Below are positions 1 through 15,100 of a DNA stretch of 64,000 nt, one piece after another. The stretch lies in the NCBI GenBank assembly GCA_965637545.1, contig OZ281496.1, forward strand, positions 28,644,001 through 28,708,000, given 5' to 3'. The stretch is from Phallusia mammillata (taxonomy: Eukaryota). The stretch's first letter is position 1; each line of letters starts with the position of its first letter. The notes beneath the pieces were generated by a model that saw only the letters and a list, made by a program, of their open reading frames with translations, was not told the DNA's origin and made no database searches. The position numbers and the translations under genes are program-made.

Positions 1-173
1 CACAAATATTATTTCTTCAAAATTAAAGTTTGGAAAATTTGGCATTTTCGGGGCCTTAAACGGATGAACAACAAAGAGGAAATGGTAAACATAAAGAACA
101 GAGTAAATAGACATGTATGTCCACTTCTGGGCAGGTTACTACAAACTTTGGAAGTTTAATTTCCTGCTCTTAC

Positions 174-3100
174 CTGGAGTAAGGAGGGTTCCTGTTCTTC
201 TTGTTGCTCGACTTTCTGCTGTGACGAGGGCGGTGATCCTGCAATGCTACTTGCTCTACTTGCGTTGGCTGAAGCCAGGGCTTGTGCAGCTGCCTGTGCA
301 TTGAGCTGCATGATCATGTTGTGCTGTTGTTGGGCGTGTATTGCTGCCACTGTAGCCTAAATGAAAATATTAAAAATGTAAAAGTTGCAAGTGCACTGTT
401 TAGCCTCTTATGGCATTGTCGATGGAGATATAACAACGTCACATTTATATGACCTAACAATGAGTTTGGTCGCTGTATTTTTTATAGATGACAGTTAGAG
501 TGCAGACGAATTCGGTTAATCGCATAACCAATTTGTCAAGCCTTTTGATGTGATTCACCGGACTATTCTCAACAACTAGCTAAAGTTGGAAATTACAATT
601 CATATGCAATTGAGTTGTATGCGGTTAACCGGATTCGTCTGTACTTGAAAAACGTAGCTCACTCAGTTAACCGGATTTGTTTGTGCATGAAAGACGTGTT
701 AACAGAAAAAATTTGACATGTAAATTTCAAATCCTCGGTCTGACTTTAGCGCAATATTTCAAAACCATCCACATTACGTAATGATATTACATAATCATCA
801 CTTCAGTACTAAAATTAGCGGCACAATCTATAGCTATTACAGAACACTAATTCACACAAACATAAACACTCCGGAACTACATTTGTCCGTTCCATTGATG
901 TTGGAAAGTTTAACTGGGAATTATGCGATATGTTTTGACGCAATGAAGCAGCTGAGATACCGTGTAGTCTGGGCTTCATACAGACTTAATGGCGTAAAAT
1001 ACCGCAACATTGAACTTGTGGGAAAAATCTTCTGAGCGTGGTACTATAATGTAATGTAGCAGACCGGAATTACTGACAATACGCAATGCTGATATAATAG
1101 GAATAAATTAGGAACAGCTCCTTGTGTATACAGATGTAAGATGCCGCATCGAAGAGAGGGTAATTACACCGATATTTTTAAACAGATTGCGGAAATGGTA
1201 CGGCCAGGAATACAAAAGTAGTGTTTACATGGTTTTAAGTAATTTGATGATAGCCGCTTTGCTAGAAAAGAACGTTGATCATGTTTACATTAAAGTAATG
1301 CTTGTATTGAGGTCACTCTATTTTGGATGCGTATTATTGAATTCAAACGCTGTATAGTAAATGTATGATGAATAAAAACTGTTGATGAATAAAATTGGGC
1401 ATTGAGCAGAATTTCATTATTATGCGATAACAAAGAAAAATCAGTAAAAATCTTTTTCAAACCAAGATTCTAAATACTCATGCTAAACGCCGAACCATCA
1501 GCAATAAACGGTGCTATTACCGTCTCAAACTGTTTACGAGTCTAGAGGTTGAGTTGTTTTGATAGCAGGAACAGGCGTCTTATCTCCGACACCTCAACGC
1601 GTCAAACATGTGAAACCGTGCGTGCAAACTGAGGGGACTTCTGGCCGATGTTTACCTCAATAACGGCGCCGAGCAAAGAAAATAGTATCGCCTCTGCGAC
1701 AGTCCAAAAAAAATTTATGAACAGTGGAGGTCACGTGATGATTTTAAAGCTTCTAATTGGCGCATGAGTTCGTTTAGTCTACCACCGTGTCAAGTCACAA
1801 TTCAACTTTGTATTTAAACCAAATAACTAGGCAAAACTTGATTTAAACCAAGAGTACAAGTTACCACAAGATTCAGTTTCAAGCATTTATTAGGGATGGG
1901 CCGAGCCGAGCTAGAACCCGAGTACTCGGTACCGAGCATCGCTGTTTTTGATGCTCGGTGCTCGGCCGAGCAGTTGCACAAACTGACCCGAGCGTTAAAT
2001 TTGCGTATTCATGCCCTGCTAACATACGTAACTAGTGTTCTAAAGGGTATCCAAGAAGAAAAAAAACGAATGATTTTTCAAATGTATTAGATGGTGGAAA
2101 AACGCGTTCTTTACGGGCATGTGCACTGTACAGCTCAATAAAACACTGCCGGTGACGTAAGAGACCTTGTAGAGCTAAAACGTAGAAAGGGGATTTTTTG
2201 TGACGTCATAATGCACCGAGCGTGCTCGGCCGAGCACCGAGCATTAAAGTGAGATGTTCGGTGCTCGACCAAACAGAACATTTGTAGTTTTGGCACATCC
2301 CTAGCATTTATGGCCGGCAGCAAAATTCCACATCGTTGAGCTAATTTTTAAACTATGACCAGAGTGTTGTTTAAACAGTTGTACAAACCCAGCTCGCTTA
2401 TAAGCGATACGTTTTATAACTTCCGTAGCTAAAATCGACTTAATTGCAACGCCATCTTCATGAAGCGAAATAACTAAACCACAATTTGCAGTTAAAGTAA
2501 CAACTGTCTTACCTGTTGAGACATAGGATACGGGCTTTGTGAGGGACTTGGCATTGGACTGTGTGCCCAGCTGTTAGGAGTAGCGGGTCTGGGTATTCCC
2601 CCAATCGCCACGCCGTTTGGCGGTACAATGCCTGAAAAGTAAGTGAAAAGTTTGGGTTTGAAAAAAGTAAAGAAAAAAATAGGTATACTTCAATTAATGC
2701 CTGAGAAACACGAAATATATTTAACTGGGGAACATCACGACTGTTTTAGGCAGGGCTGCCACTCTAGATATTTTATAGCTAGATCTAGATAGTTTTGGTT
2801 AAGCCTAGATGCAAAATCTAGATGTTTCGTTTGTAAAGACCATAGGAAAGAGTACTAGCCTACAAATGTTCCACCCAGATAACCACAGAAGCTTCAACGT
2901 TATAATGTTATGACTGAAACAGAAAAAATAGAGTGATGAAAAGGAAGAAGTAAGCTTCTTTAGCATCAAATATAGATCAATTTATATTAAAAACCTTCAT
3001 ATGCGTTGTTGTTTGGCTCATATATTACATTAAATTGGATTATTTTATGTTTAGATATATTTTTGGATGTTTTGTTTTTCGATCTAGATGATTCTAGATA

Positions 3101-6100
3101 TTTTTTGAGTTTAAACTAGATTTGTTTATTCACACCAAAGTGGCAGCCCTGGTTTTAGGTTGAAATTTCCTCTAATAAGTTAAAAAGGAGTCTCTCTGAC
3201 ATATAAATATGGATGATACTTTAAAACGTGAAGGCACCGATGTTATTAAAACTTGCAATAGTTTTCCTTTAAGAGATATTAAATATAACAGTTTCCCTTT
3301 AAAACCTTTAAAACGTAAACTTTAAACAAGTTGAGCATACTAAAGTAATGTGGTTTAATGGTGTTAGGCGAAGGTGCGTGTGTGAGTCGAATAATCGGCG
3401 TTGCTGAGTTCATGCTGCCACCAGAGGGCAGTGTTAGAGGTGGTGGAGAAGCAGAGGGGGGTGGTGACTTCAGTCCTGTTGTGTTCAGTTTAAGGAGTTG
3501 TCGTCTTGCTTCGAACATACTGTAGATGTTGCGCTCAACACTTTTCACAATCACCGACTGGAAAATAGTAACAGAAGGTTACGTTTGTTTTACGGTTGAA
3601 ACCAGTGTTTGAAATGCATTGTCTAATTTTTAACTGATTTCAGCCTTGAAACAATTATTTAACTGTTTTTTTCTTCTTTTATTTGCTTAATATTGAATTA
3701 GCGTTTGGGCAGACAACAGCGTTAAGTCATTAAAAGTTATTGCTTGTTTTCTATTAAACAATTTAATTTTTGATTTATAAAGTTCTGTGGCTATACATAA
3801 CTGGATATAGTTAACCTATAATCGAGAATTTAATTTCAACGCGCAATCATTGTTTACCATAGAAAACAGACGTTTTTACATGGAAAGGTGATACGTATAT
3901 ATAGCCCAAAATAAATTAAAGAAAAAACCCTAAAATACCCTTATACCGTGACATCGAGACTTAAACGCAAAACTATCTCACGCTATGCTTTAAATGTCAA
4001 TTCAAGGTCAAATCATTCAACAGGGGCACAAAGGGGCAACAATCGAAGGCAGAAGACACGTTTTGGCGTCAAACAGCCCGCGACGGGAATCGATAATTGA
4101 ATTTAAGCATGGGTTAAAAAGCAATAATTTGAAGAGATTGGGCATTCCCGGCCATTTGTGCGTGTTCAAGGGAACGTGACGAGCAGAACCACTAAAGTAG
4201 CGATGAATGCCGAAATTGTTTTTAATGGAAATGTTTTTTTTTGCTATTGGGGATGAATTTGGTGAACGGGGGTCACATAAGGGTGGGAAATAGATTTTGT
4301 GCGTTTGGGTTCTAGACGTTTGAGTCATCTAATGTCCCTAAATCACAGCGTTCCTACCGGAAATTTAAAACGGCTGTCTGTAAACATTTTTAGTTCACTT
4401 TTTAACAGATTTGGATAAACAGTTAGACAGGATAAGATTTTTTCTTGTTTTATCAGAGTTTAATCTGCAGTAAGAGATTGTCTAAGCATGTCAATAAGCT
4501 GTGCGCAACTGCAAACATTTAATACCGTATTATGGATTGTTAAAGTGGGGTTACCGGCAAAAAATCAACAACATTTTGCACAAATTGAAAAAGCAACTTG
4601 CCGTATTATTTATAGTATAAATAGTATTTTATATCTTCCAACCTATAGTATACGCGTAACAAAAACACAACAACAATCAATATAAACCTATAGTACAAAT
4701 ATATCCTACACTGTAATCAGTACTGCAGTGCAACTTATATCTCCTAAAATCAAACAGGCCACTTCAAACTTGGCAATTACGCATTGTGCACTATGGTATT
4801 GTGATTATAACACTAAGATGAATCGGGTAGTCGGGCAGGTACTTCACTTGATCTCACCTTGCTAGGCTGTTTCGGCTTCAGTTTGATGCTTATGAAAACA
4901 TCCAAAGATTCCATGAGCTGACTGTTCTTCGCAGCCTCGTCCGAAGCGCTTTGGCTTTCGTCTTGCTTCATATCAAACATCAATACCAATGGAAGACAGC
5001 CCTAGAAATTGGCATCGTGTGTTACACTTAGCATGGTTTCATAGGTAAGCACAATTCTAGCAACAAAAATGTATTTCTGTATTGCCAAAGTTCTGATAAA
5101 TAGATAATACTGATTTTAACGACAGTGTGGCCAAGTTTATAACTAGGACTGTTAACTTACTGTCCGTTACAAAAATTTACACTAGTTTGTATTTATTACA
5201 ATTACAAAACAAACAAAAACAACCATAACCTAACATATATTTAAATATAGGCAAGGTGTTACATCAATTACATGTTAGACCAACTATAGTTTAGCCAAAA
5301 TAAAGTATCATAAAGCAGAAACATAATCGTAATCATTAGGCTTTGCTGCAAATTTTTACACGAAAGCACGTATTGTACAATGTTAATCAGTGCTTTGACA
5401 CGCATTTTGCTTAAGCATACCATGAGACGTTGTCTCGCCATAACAACTGATTCCACGGGTCCGCTGACAAATATCGTGCTTTTCTTGGGCAGAGCGTTGG
5501 GGTCAGGAAACTTGATCTGTTAAAAAACAATGTACAGAAAAGATGCATTGAAAAAATATGTAGAAACCAATGCCAAAAAAGGTTGGGATGTAGTAAGGCA
5601 AATTTGAAATCAGATTGCGCTAAGCTAGCAAGATTTAGCAGAAATTCGTCCAACAGTGGTGATTTGAACAGAATCTAACTACATACAATTACGGATCAAA
5701 ATTAAATACTTTAGGGGTAATTGTAAGCAATAGGTGTGGTAGGTATTACAATTAATCGTTTAAGTTTGAAATTGCGTGCCATTAATTCCCTACATAGTGC
5801 GTCAATTTCAGTGTACTAAATTGTAATTGTAACGTTGGAACTAATGTGATAAACAAAACAGTTGGCAATTGAAACTCCAGACAGACTGATGCGATTGAAT
5901 TACGTATTTTACAAATCAAGGCAATTTCATTTCTCTATTACTTCGGAAAATACATGGTTTCGGCTAAATAGTGGAATAGGGTTACCAAGGTTTCATCTGA
6001 TTAGTTGATATTTTAACCACAAAAGGAAGTAATAAAGAGTTAAGTCAACATATGACGATAAACGGTTACACAGTAAAGTTGGAGGTTTCGCAAAAGGCGG

Positions 6101-9100
6101 CAATATACACCGAGTATAACCTAATTCAACTTACTGCTGTTGAAGTTATTGTATTAGATAAAAATGTTCAAAAACTCCTCAAAATCCCCTAAAGAACATG
6201 ACGTTGTAATTAATTACGAGTCCTAACTAGCAATAAAAAACAGACTTAGGCCTAGTAAAAACATAACTCCTGCACAGCACAAAACGATTTGCTTAACATT
6301 AAAGCAGGTGGAAAGACAATTGAATGAAATTCAGACATTTGCATCTAAAGGCGATAAAACATGAAGATGAATTCCTGGCAAAACAGGAACAACAGGGTTT
6401 GAGGTCAACACGCGAAAGGCAGGTATCCCGAGCTTATTCACTTTTCCCTAACTGGCCATTACAGCACACATTTTTGCATCACTTACAACTGAATGTGCAA
6501 ATTAAGTCGAAAAGGTAGAAAAGCAGAAATATCACAGACTCGACGGCGTCATAAAGCTTGGCCAGAATTAACAATTAAATGGTTCCTGAAAATTCAAAAC
6601 CTGAAAAAATATGTGCAAATGCTGCAATTCAAATTTGGAAACAAAACAAAAAAATGCATTACTAGAGAGCTGTGCTGGTGACATATGCAACTGGGAAAAC
6701 ACACCTGCTTTGGTTGTCATGTTTTCGAATTACAACACACTATTACTTGATGTAGGACTCGTTAATAATGTATTAAACGAAACTATCTGTTCAAAAGCAA
6801 GATATAGTTTTACATTCAAGTTAACATTATTGTATAGCAGCGCTGGGAGCTAAAATAACATCGCTTGGTGCTTCAGGTTTGATGGTAACAAGGTATATCG
6901 TGTTACCAGCGGCTAAAGTGGAATAATACGGGTCGTTACGGTTTGGGATTGCCGGTCGAAAGTGACTCATGGTGGAGTTTGACGGCAGAGATACATATCA
7001 ATGAAATTGCTCAGAGAAACAAAACTTCGTGGGCATGACTGTCTAATGCGTTTGTGGAATATATACTACTGTGTAAAATGTCTGGAACTGCTTTGTAACA
7101 AACCCAGGTGTAAATTTAATAACACGAACTATTCATATTCCAAATCATTCCACAAGAGCAAATAGTTACACAAACCTCGTATTCTTTGCAAAGATTTGTG
7201 ACTACTTAAACTTTAGTAGTTGGAGCAAATACCAACAAAACAAACAAATGTTCAGGAAAACAATAAATCCTTTAATTAGGGGTGCATAAAGAAGCAAAAA
7301 CACGTTGTGTGTCATTTTCTCGGTCCAAAAAATACCACAAAGAGATTTAAACTCACGACATCAACGCTTTTAAAACGGTGACACGAGTGAATGCGTTACA
7401 CGCCCTAGTCTAAAGAGTCGCGATTTTATACGTAGTTTTAGTACGCGCCTTGGCTAATTTGATAGAGCATGCAATTGGGCAGTTAGATTTTTCAGTGTTA
7501 AAAATGTCTTCCTAGTTTAGGCGCAATCCCACTATACTTCGGTGCCCCACAACATGCCTTTGCGCGTTGCACACAAAGATCAAGAAACGGTTTCCGATAT
7601 GGTCATAGCGACAATAGCCCGGGTAGTGTTACATAATACGCATAACAGGTGGCTGTCGCAGTCATGAATGCTGTAATGATGTGCTTATTGATAACTACAA
7701 TGAAACCGTTTCTAGCATCTAGGTGCACGTATCACATAGTTTAAAGGTAACTTTTCCAGCCACAAAATCTGCCCGAATTTCGGAGTGAACAAAATTTGGT
7801 TTTAGCAGGCAATGCGGATGCCCTAAAATATTTTTAAACATATTTAATCAAAATATTTCAAGAACTAAAACTTAAGAAATGGTTCATGAAGTTTGTAAGT
7901 ATATGTTAAAAGTCGAAAAAAGCATTGAGAAGTAACACCATCAGAAAGAAAAGTAAATGTATTATAACGTTAAAAATCAAGATGAAATTTGAAATACGTT
8001 ACCCGGGGGGGAATTAAGAACACGAGTTAGTTTTGCAAGTTGTAAATAATAAAATTGTGTGTACCTGAGCTCCAGTACGTTGCATGATATAGTTCACGTT
8101 GGCAGCGTTCCTTCCAAGCATGTACGAATGCTGCTGGGGCGCCACCTCCATTTGTGACGTCACATGTAGCTGTATGACGTAACACAACAGTGTAAGATGA
8201 CAGATTTGTTTGTTTTTGTTTGAACTGGGCGGCGCCTGCACGACCTATAGGCGGGGTCGCCAAGCGAATTCCGCGTTCATTGCGTAGCTTGATTATGAAG
8301 TTTGAATGGATGTCATATTAATTGCTTCCTTCTATTGTGGTGTTATACATACTAACTGTAATGTGCGTGATCGCATTTTGGGTAGTTATTCTTAAATAAA
8401 CTAAAAATGTTAATTGTGACATCCGATACTAGTATATTTCTATGTGAATAGATTTTTAAAAAGACAGAAAACTAATATAAATACATATTTTAAAAAAATA
8501 ATAGAAGTGTTTTTTTGCCCATATAATGTACTCACATTAAATGACTTACGCATATAAACACCATAGTATGCGCCAAAGCATATTGACACAAAACCCTCGT
8601 TTTCATTTAAAAGTGTTTTAGAAATAATGCTGAAAAAGTTAAAAGCTCCGGGTTCCATTGTACAGTGGCATAGTGTCTCGCTATGACGCAATGCTTGACC
8701 TTCGTTGAGGCCAAGGACATAGATGTCACGACTAAAACGCGTCAATGTGGTCGCTTTTTACAATATCGCGTGAGCTTGAGATATATGATTCAGGAAATAC
8801 CACTTCAGACGTTGGCCAGGCGTGGTAAGGGCAATATTAAATATGGGTGCGTTATGTGAAATATAAAGTATAAGGGTAGAAAGTGCGCTTACCGTTGCTC
8901 CGGTGAGATGCTGCATGAGTTTCAAAGTCCCTTCCTAAAAAGCAAAACGAAAATGTAAAGGTACTATATAAGCTGTTGCAGGCATAGTATCAACTATATA
9001 GAGCTCTTCTGGCAATTGTTTTCTTACAACAATGTTTCGACGTCCTATGTAGGTCGCTTGCATCGGGGTAAATAACACTGAATGCGCGCAGTACAGTGCA

Positions 9101-12100
9101 CGATAAACAAAGGCAAAAAAGAATTGACCGCAAGTACGTCACAACACATCGAAAACACCATGCGATAATGCAATTGCCAGAAGAACTCTGTACAGTTGAT
9201 GTTAAGAAATGCCAAAACAATATAGTATTACACAACATCCTGAACTTTCAAAAGTTCGGGTTAAAATCCACTGCCAGTAGTATGTCGACAAAACGCAAAC
9301 AGTTCAAAGTTCACAATAGTAGCGTCAACTCACCACCAAGCCGGATATGTTGTCGTTGGAACCGCGAACTGTACAAGTGGTTGTGTAGTAGGCCTTGGCC
9401 CGCTGCTTAAACTGTACACTTATGTTATACATTTGAACGATTTGCTGAATAGGAGCCGAGTTCGGGTCGGGAATCACTCCAGACATGGCCAGGTCAAACG
9501 TCACAACGATTGGCAACAGCACCTGTGGAAAATACATGAATCGGGGTGAGAAATCACAAATGGTTTTGTTTTGGTAAGTATATGTATATGTTTATGTAAT
9601 TTATTTTTGTAAATTTTTCTTTTTAAATCATCACTGGATAAAAGAATCATTATTTACATATAAAACATGCTTTAGACGCTACAAACTAAAAAGTAAACGA
9701 TATTTTCGGAAAAACTAATCACCAAAACAGTTTTATAATGACAGATTTACAAATGAGTGATTGTTATGGGAATTTCCTTTGAACAAACAAAACACATTCC
9801 TGCTTTACCCTTATTTTCTCCCTTGCACTCTCCACACCAGCTGGCTGACCGGCGATTGAAACCTGCAAAAAAACAAACAATCCATCAACATAAATCGGTG
9901 TCAGAAATAATTCAGAAACAGATCTAGGGATTTCACACAAAAACAAAAGTGAAGCACGTTTCTGGTAAAAAGCAGCTTTTCTCTTTTGCAAATTGGATTA
10001 ACTGCAATTTCGAAGTAACAAAGATAATTTGCGTTTAAAGGAATAAGTAACAAACATTTTGGGGGATTCTAATGCTAAGAAAGGTAAAATGATTGGAAAG
10101 ACCGTTGTTTTATGTAAAGAACGTGACCAACTGATGGATTCTACATAACAAAGTATTGCTCATCCAGCAGGACAAAGTTTTTGTCCTGCAAGTTATGTCA
10201 TTATCCTGATGAAGGCGTCTTGTATAGGACGTCGAAACGTCGATTATTTATAATAAAACTGCTGGATGAGCAATACTTTGTTATACATTATGCCTGGCAG
10301 CAATAGCCTATTTGATGGATTCTACATTGTGTAATAGGCTCCGCATCCAACACAATGCTTTTCGAAATAAAAAGCTCCGAACCATTTAAATTCTGTGTTT
10401 ATTTCTTTAATGGAGCAATAAACGGTTGTATAATAAACCTTTAATACATAGATGAATTCAACTACAGTTAGAATCAACCAAAAACAGAAACCTGTGTGTC
10501 AAGTTAGATTGGGAATAAAATAGTTTATAAAATATACATCGTTGTAGTTGCATCGTTGACACCAAAAACCAAATATTTGAAAGGTTAATTGAAATGCCAA
10601 CATTTATAAGGAATTCGCAGTTAAACCGAAAAACAAGTTGGCAAAACCGGTTACTTGTTGGTCACAATGTGAGATTAAAATAATTTTAAAGCTTAATAAA
10701 CACAAGCATATCGAAACTGTTCGTCTGAAAATGGGCAATTTCCGAGTATTAGTCCTCTCGGTCGCTTAACGACGTCTCAAAATGAATGCCAAGTGTTGTT
10801 ACAACGTGGCGGGACCAACCAAGTACCCGGTGTGTGTGGAGGTTCCGCGAAAATAACGTACAGAGCTGAGGACGAGCAAAGCAACACACGAATGCCATCA
10901 GTATCAATGTGATGTAGTTCGCCGGGGGCGAATTTTTCAGTCAAATCCTACTGTTCTGCGCTGATGAAGATTTGCAGCGATTACAGTCGGCTAATGCTGG
11001 TCTTAAGTTAAAAAATACTAAACAATGGCTTCTTCGAAAATACGCTAGTATATGAATTTGCATATTGGATAAAATGGATGGTTTTATCATGGATAAGTTG
11101 TAACAGACCCGTTTGCCCTACATGGGGTAATTTAGGTTCGTAAAGCGAATTTATGGGCACGCTTAAATGCGCATACCACGGCGGTAAAATATTAAAAATC
11201 AGTAGGAAAGATGCCAAAATGTCTTTGAACCCGGTAAAAAAAACTTGGTAAAAGAACTCTTAATTTTGAATAAGCACTCTGCAGTCATTAGTATGCGACC
11301 TGTGACAAAATACACCTCATTAGCAGCGTACTACACCACGTGAAGGTTATTATACCATGTTTTACCTGATTGCTCTTTTCGGCCGTACTGTTTCGATTAG
11401 AATCAGGAAAATGAATGTGACATCCCGTCTCCTCCATAACCCGTCTAATGTTGTTTCCACCTGCGCAAGGGGATTTAATTAGGACCTTACGGTTACACAA
11501 CTGTGTTCCTGCTTAGGACGTATCACAGTCTTAAGATTTTGACTTGGTGTGAAAATTACATCGATTGTTTTTGTACAATATTTGTGTAGAGTCTAACATA
11601 ACGATTTCGTTGCTATGCATCTTGGCTTTAAGCAAGTTTTTTTTTCTCACAGTTACGTTTGTAAAAGTCTCATTTTTTTCCTTTACTTAAGTGTATTTTT
11701 ACATTGAACAAAGATAAATATTTGGCACGATAAATTATAAAACTGAACCAATCAAATCACCTTTTCCGATCACGTGTGAATGCTCGGTGTGTGATACGTC
11801 CATTTTCAATGTTACTCTGGTGCACTTGGTGTCTAGAACCCTCATGGTAAGATCCTTGGCTTTCATAACGTCCGCCTGTTTTCCACTAACTTTTATATGG
11901 GGATCTGCACAAGAATAAGAATAGTATTTGAAATTACAAGTAAACATTCTTATAGGACATGAAAGTAACGTTGTCAATTTTGACCTTAGTCAATTAATCA
12001 AATGTTAAAAAAAAATTTTGACCTCAGTCATTTAATCAAATGTGAAAAATTTAATGAAACGTCTTTTTTGTGCAAGAGGTCTTAACAATCAATGTTGTCA

Positions 12101-15100
12101 TCATCAGTGCAGGTTGTATTCAATACAAACAAGCTCTATGGCCGCTATGCTTTTGGTTAAATTACTTTTTAGGTCAATGTATAGTGTTCCTAACCTAAGT
12201 TGACCTAAGTAATTCCATGAAATCACTGTCATACACATAAAAAACACTAAGATACCCTGAAAATGTAATTATTCTCATAAACAAAAGACCTTATCAGGGC
12301 AGTTTAACATTTGCGGAAACAAAAGAAAAAAACAAAAAACATACAGAAGAGACCACAAAGCCCTTGCACATATAATTGATTGATTTGCTGACACATGGTT
12401 ATCACACACGTGCTGCGTCATTACTCAAGGTTAAGTGTTTTATATTTCCTATTATGTGTGCATAAGCTGCTGACATATTTTCCAATCACAAACCAGGCAA
12501 ATAAAGGAACAAACACAATGCAAAGATTTGTCCAGATAGAGATAGATGTGTTTCTCAATATATGAGGAAGCTGTCAAGGATAGATAGCAGATCAATATGT
12601 TTATTTTGTGGAGAAATATTGGCTCTGTCACATTTTATGGATCCGTAACACAAAGCCCTGTTAACTGATTGTAAGCCTATCACTGAAGCAAAAGGAAGTG
12701 GCAAACATATAACAATAGCTAGGTAAACAAATCGAAAACATAACAAGTCAATACCTGTATAAGCACTGTCAACGTCACAATGGTCACAAATGAGATATAG
12801 GGACCTTTAGGACAAGCGTTTAAAATATGTGATGTCATAATATATTCATAGTGAGCCACTTGGTTAAAAAATAAAAGTGGTATTTTTTCATAAATATGTA
12901 TATTCCTATAATATATTTATAAACAAGTATTGCTCTACCAGCAGATTTATTATAAATTCGACATGTGGTTTGTTGCAATTTGCGCCTGATACGAAATTTG
13001 TCTTGCAAGGTATGCCATTATCCTTATGAAGGCATCTTTCATGGGACGCCAAAAAAACTGCAGAAAGAGCAATATTATACATTATGCCTGGCAGCAATAG
13101 CTTACTTAAATAATTTATTCATTGGTCAGTAACAAATACAATGACAAATCAAATTGAATATAAAATTTTGCACAATTAAAAAATGAAAAAGCAACCAGCA
13201 CGACAAACCATCAACACAACCACAGGAATTCTATGGGTCATTTTTTAATTACAACATATTCAAAAGTTTTCAATGTTGACATTCATAACAAATGGCACAA
13301 AGTCTTTTGACTTTCAGGTCCGCAATACACAAATATGTAACACCATATAAAGCAAGCTCATAAAAAGTCAAGCCCTGTGTGCCTTTGGAAATAATGCCCA
13401 AACATTGTGCAAGTTAAACTAGAAGAAAGACTTTTCAAAGGGACAAAAGCAAACTATATTGATCAATACGACACTTGCCCAAACTGGACAAATGACTCTG
13501 GGCTATCGACTTATTCACTGCACTTGTACCATAACCAATTCATCAATTGTGCCCATTGTAAGGTAAAGGAACTAAATAAATAGCTTGAATAAAGGAGGAC
13601 ATCCCAAACCCAGATTTGCCAATACAAACTTATTTCAACGTTTTCCAGAATTTAGTTCGCCAAAGCTTAAAGATATACCAATGTGAAAGCCATATGGTCT
13701 CCAAGTCAAACCAAAAAAATGAGAATGAAACACAAATTCAGAGATTTTTCTTCTTGTATGTTTAAAACACATAGTTTAGTTCATTTTAACACAGACATAC
13801 ACAAAAAAATGTCCAACCAAGAGGTGAAAAAAGTAAAACAAAAACATATTTCTTTAATTTGGATACATTTTTACTTATCTACAATAACTTTGATGATTAG
13901 GATTTTTTAAGCATGTCCTATGGTAAATACAAATGCATACAATGGGATTACAAACTTCTAGTTTTGTGTTGTGTTCTTATAAGATCATAAAAAATATGAC
14001 TGCACTTCAATGCCGATTTTGCGGTTGTGAGTCATTGCTTTCAAAGTCAAGTCGTTGTAAGCACATGACAAAGAAAACATATATGAGGTGATAATATAAC
14101 ATGTACCACATAACAGTTGGTCCTAGTGGGTACTTAAGCAGCAAACCTGTAGTGTTGTATGCTGTGTGATACCACGACATATTGGTGACATAAAGCAAAC
14201 GCTACTGATGATAATAATTAACTGAAAACCCAATGTTTGGGCTGTGATTTGTGTTCCTAACACCTCACATGCGCAGATTCAACAAAACCCAAGGATGGAT
14301 AGTAATCGATAAAAAGGATGCGGTTTCTAGAAAACAAATCTATACGTACAAAATTTCCAGGCTATGACGTGGTTGATACATCCAAACAAATAACTGGTAA
14401 ATTAGGCACAAGTACACTGACGCATTTGGGCATATGGTACGACAAGAATTTCCTCAACAACTGAATTTGCTTTCTATCGTGCTACAACGACCTTGGGTTA
14501 AAAAAACGGGAAAAAGAGCTTCTAATAATTCATGTATTGCACATATTAATGTCTTAAATTTCGTTAAAGCCGAAGAATTCGTATTGATACTCTTGTCACT
14601 TTAACGAGGGTAAATCTGGGTAACATAAAATGCTGTTTTGTTTTAACGATTTTGTTAATGATTTGCACGTCATTCTGCCGTGTGATGAGGCCCGACAATA
14701 TGTTTTAACGACCTGACGAACGCTAAAAAAATATTTATTCTTCGCATGCTTTTTGGACCATAAAATTCTTGGATACATGACGTACAAAGGTTACTGTAAA
14801 AGCATATTTCTGTGACCAAAGGTAATCGGTATAATACGATTTTCAAACATACAAGGTCTAATTCTGGCCTTTAATTCTTCGTGGCCTAACAATAATTTCA
14901 ACCTTTAGTCATTGATTGGATACTAGCAGTCTGCAACGCTAAATTATCTTAGAAAAGAATGAATCAGGGTAAAATATAAGCACGTAAACTGAAGCAAAGT
15001 GCGTGGGTATCTATATTCTTCAGTGTTCATTACAACCGAATTCTTCGAAAACATTGATTTTTGAGTCGGTCATGGCGTTATGCTTGGTCAAGCAGATGCA

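Noticed and set aside
5680-5920. Cluster of gtaattgtaa/attacaatt motifs resembling MITE subterminal repeats
   Set aside because: Could not define TIR pairs or a TSD.
10961-10990. ctgatgaag hammerhead-core-like string
   Set aside because: No helix II and no downstream GAAA.
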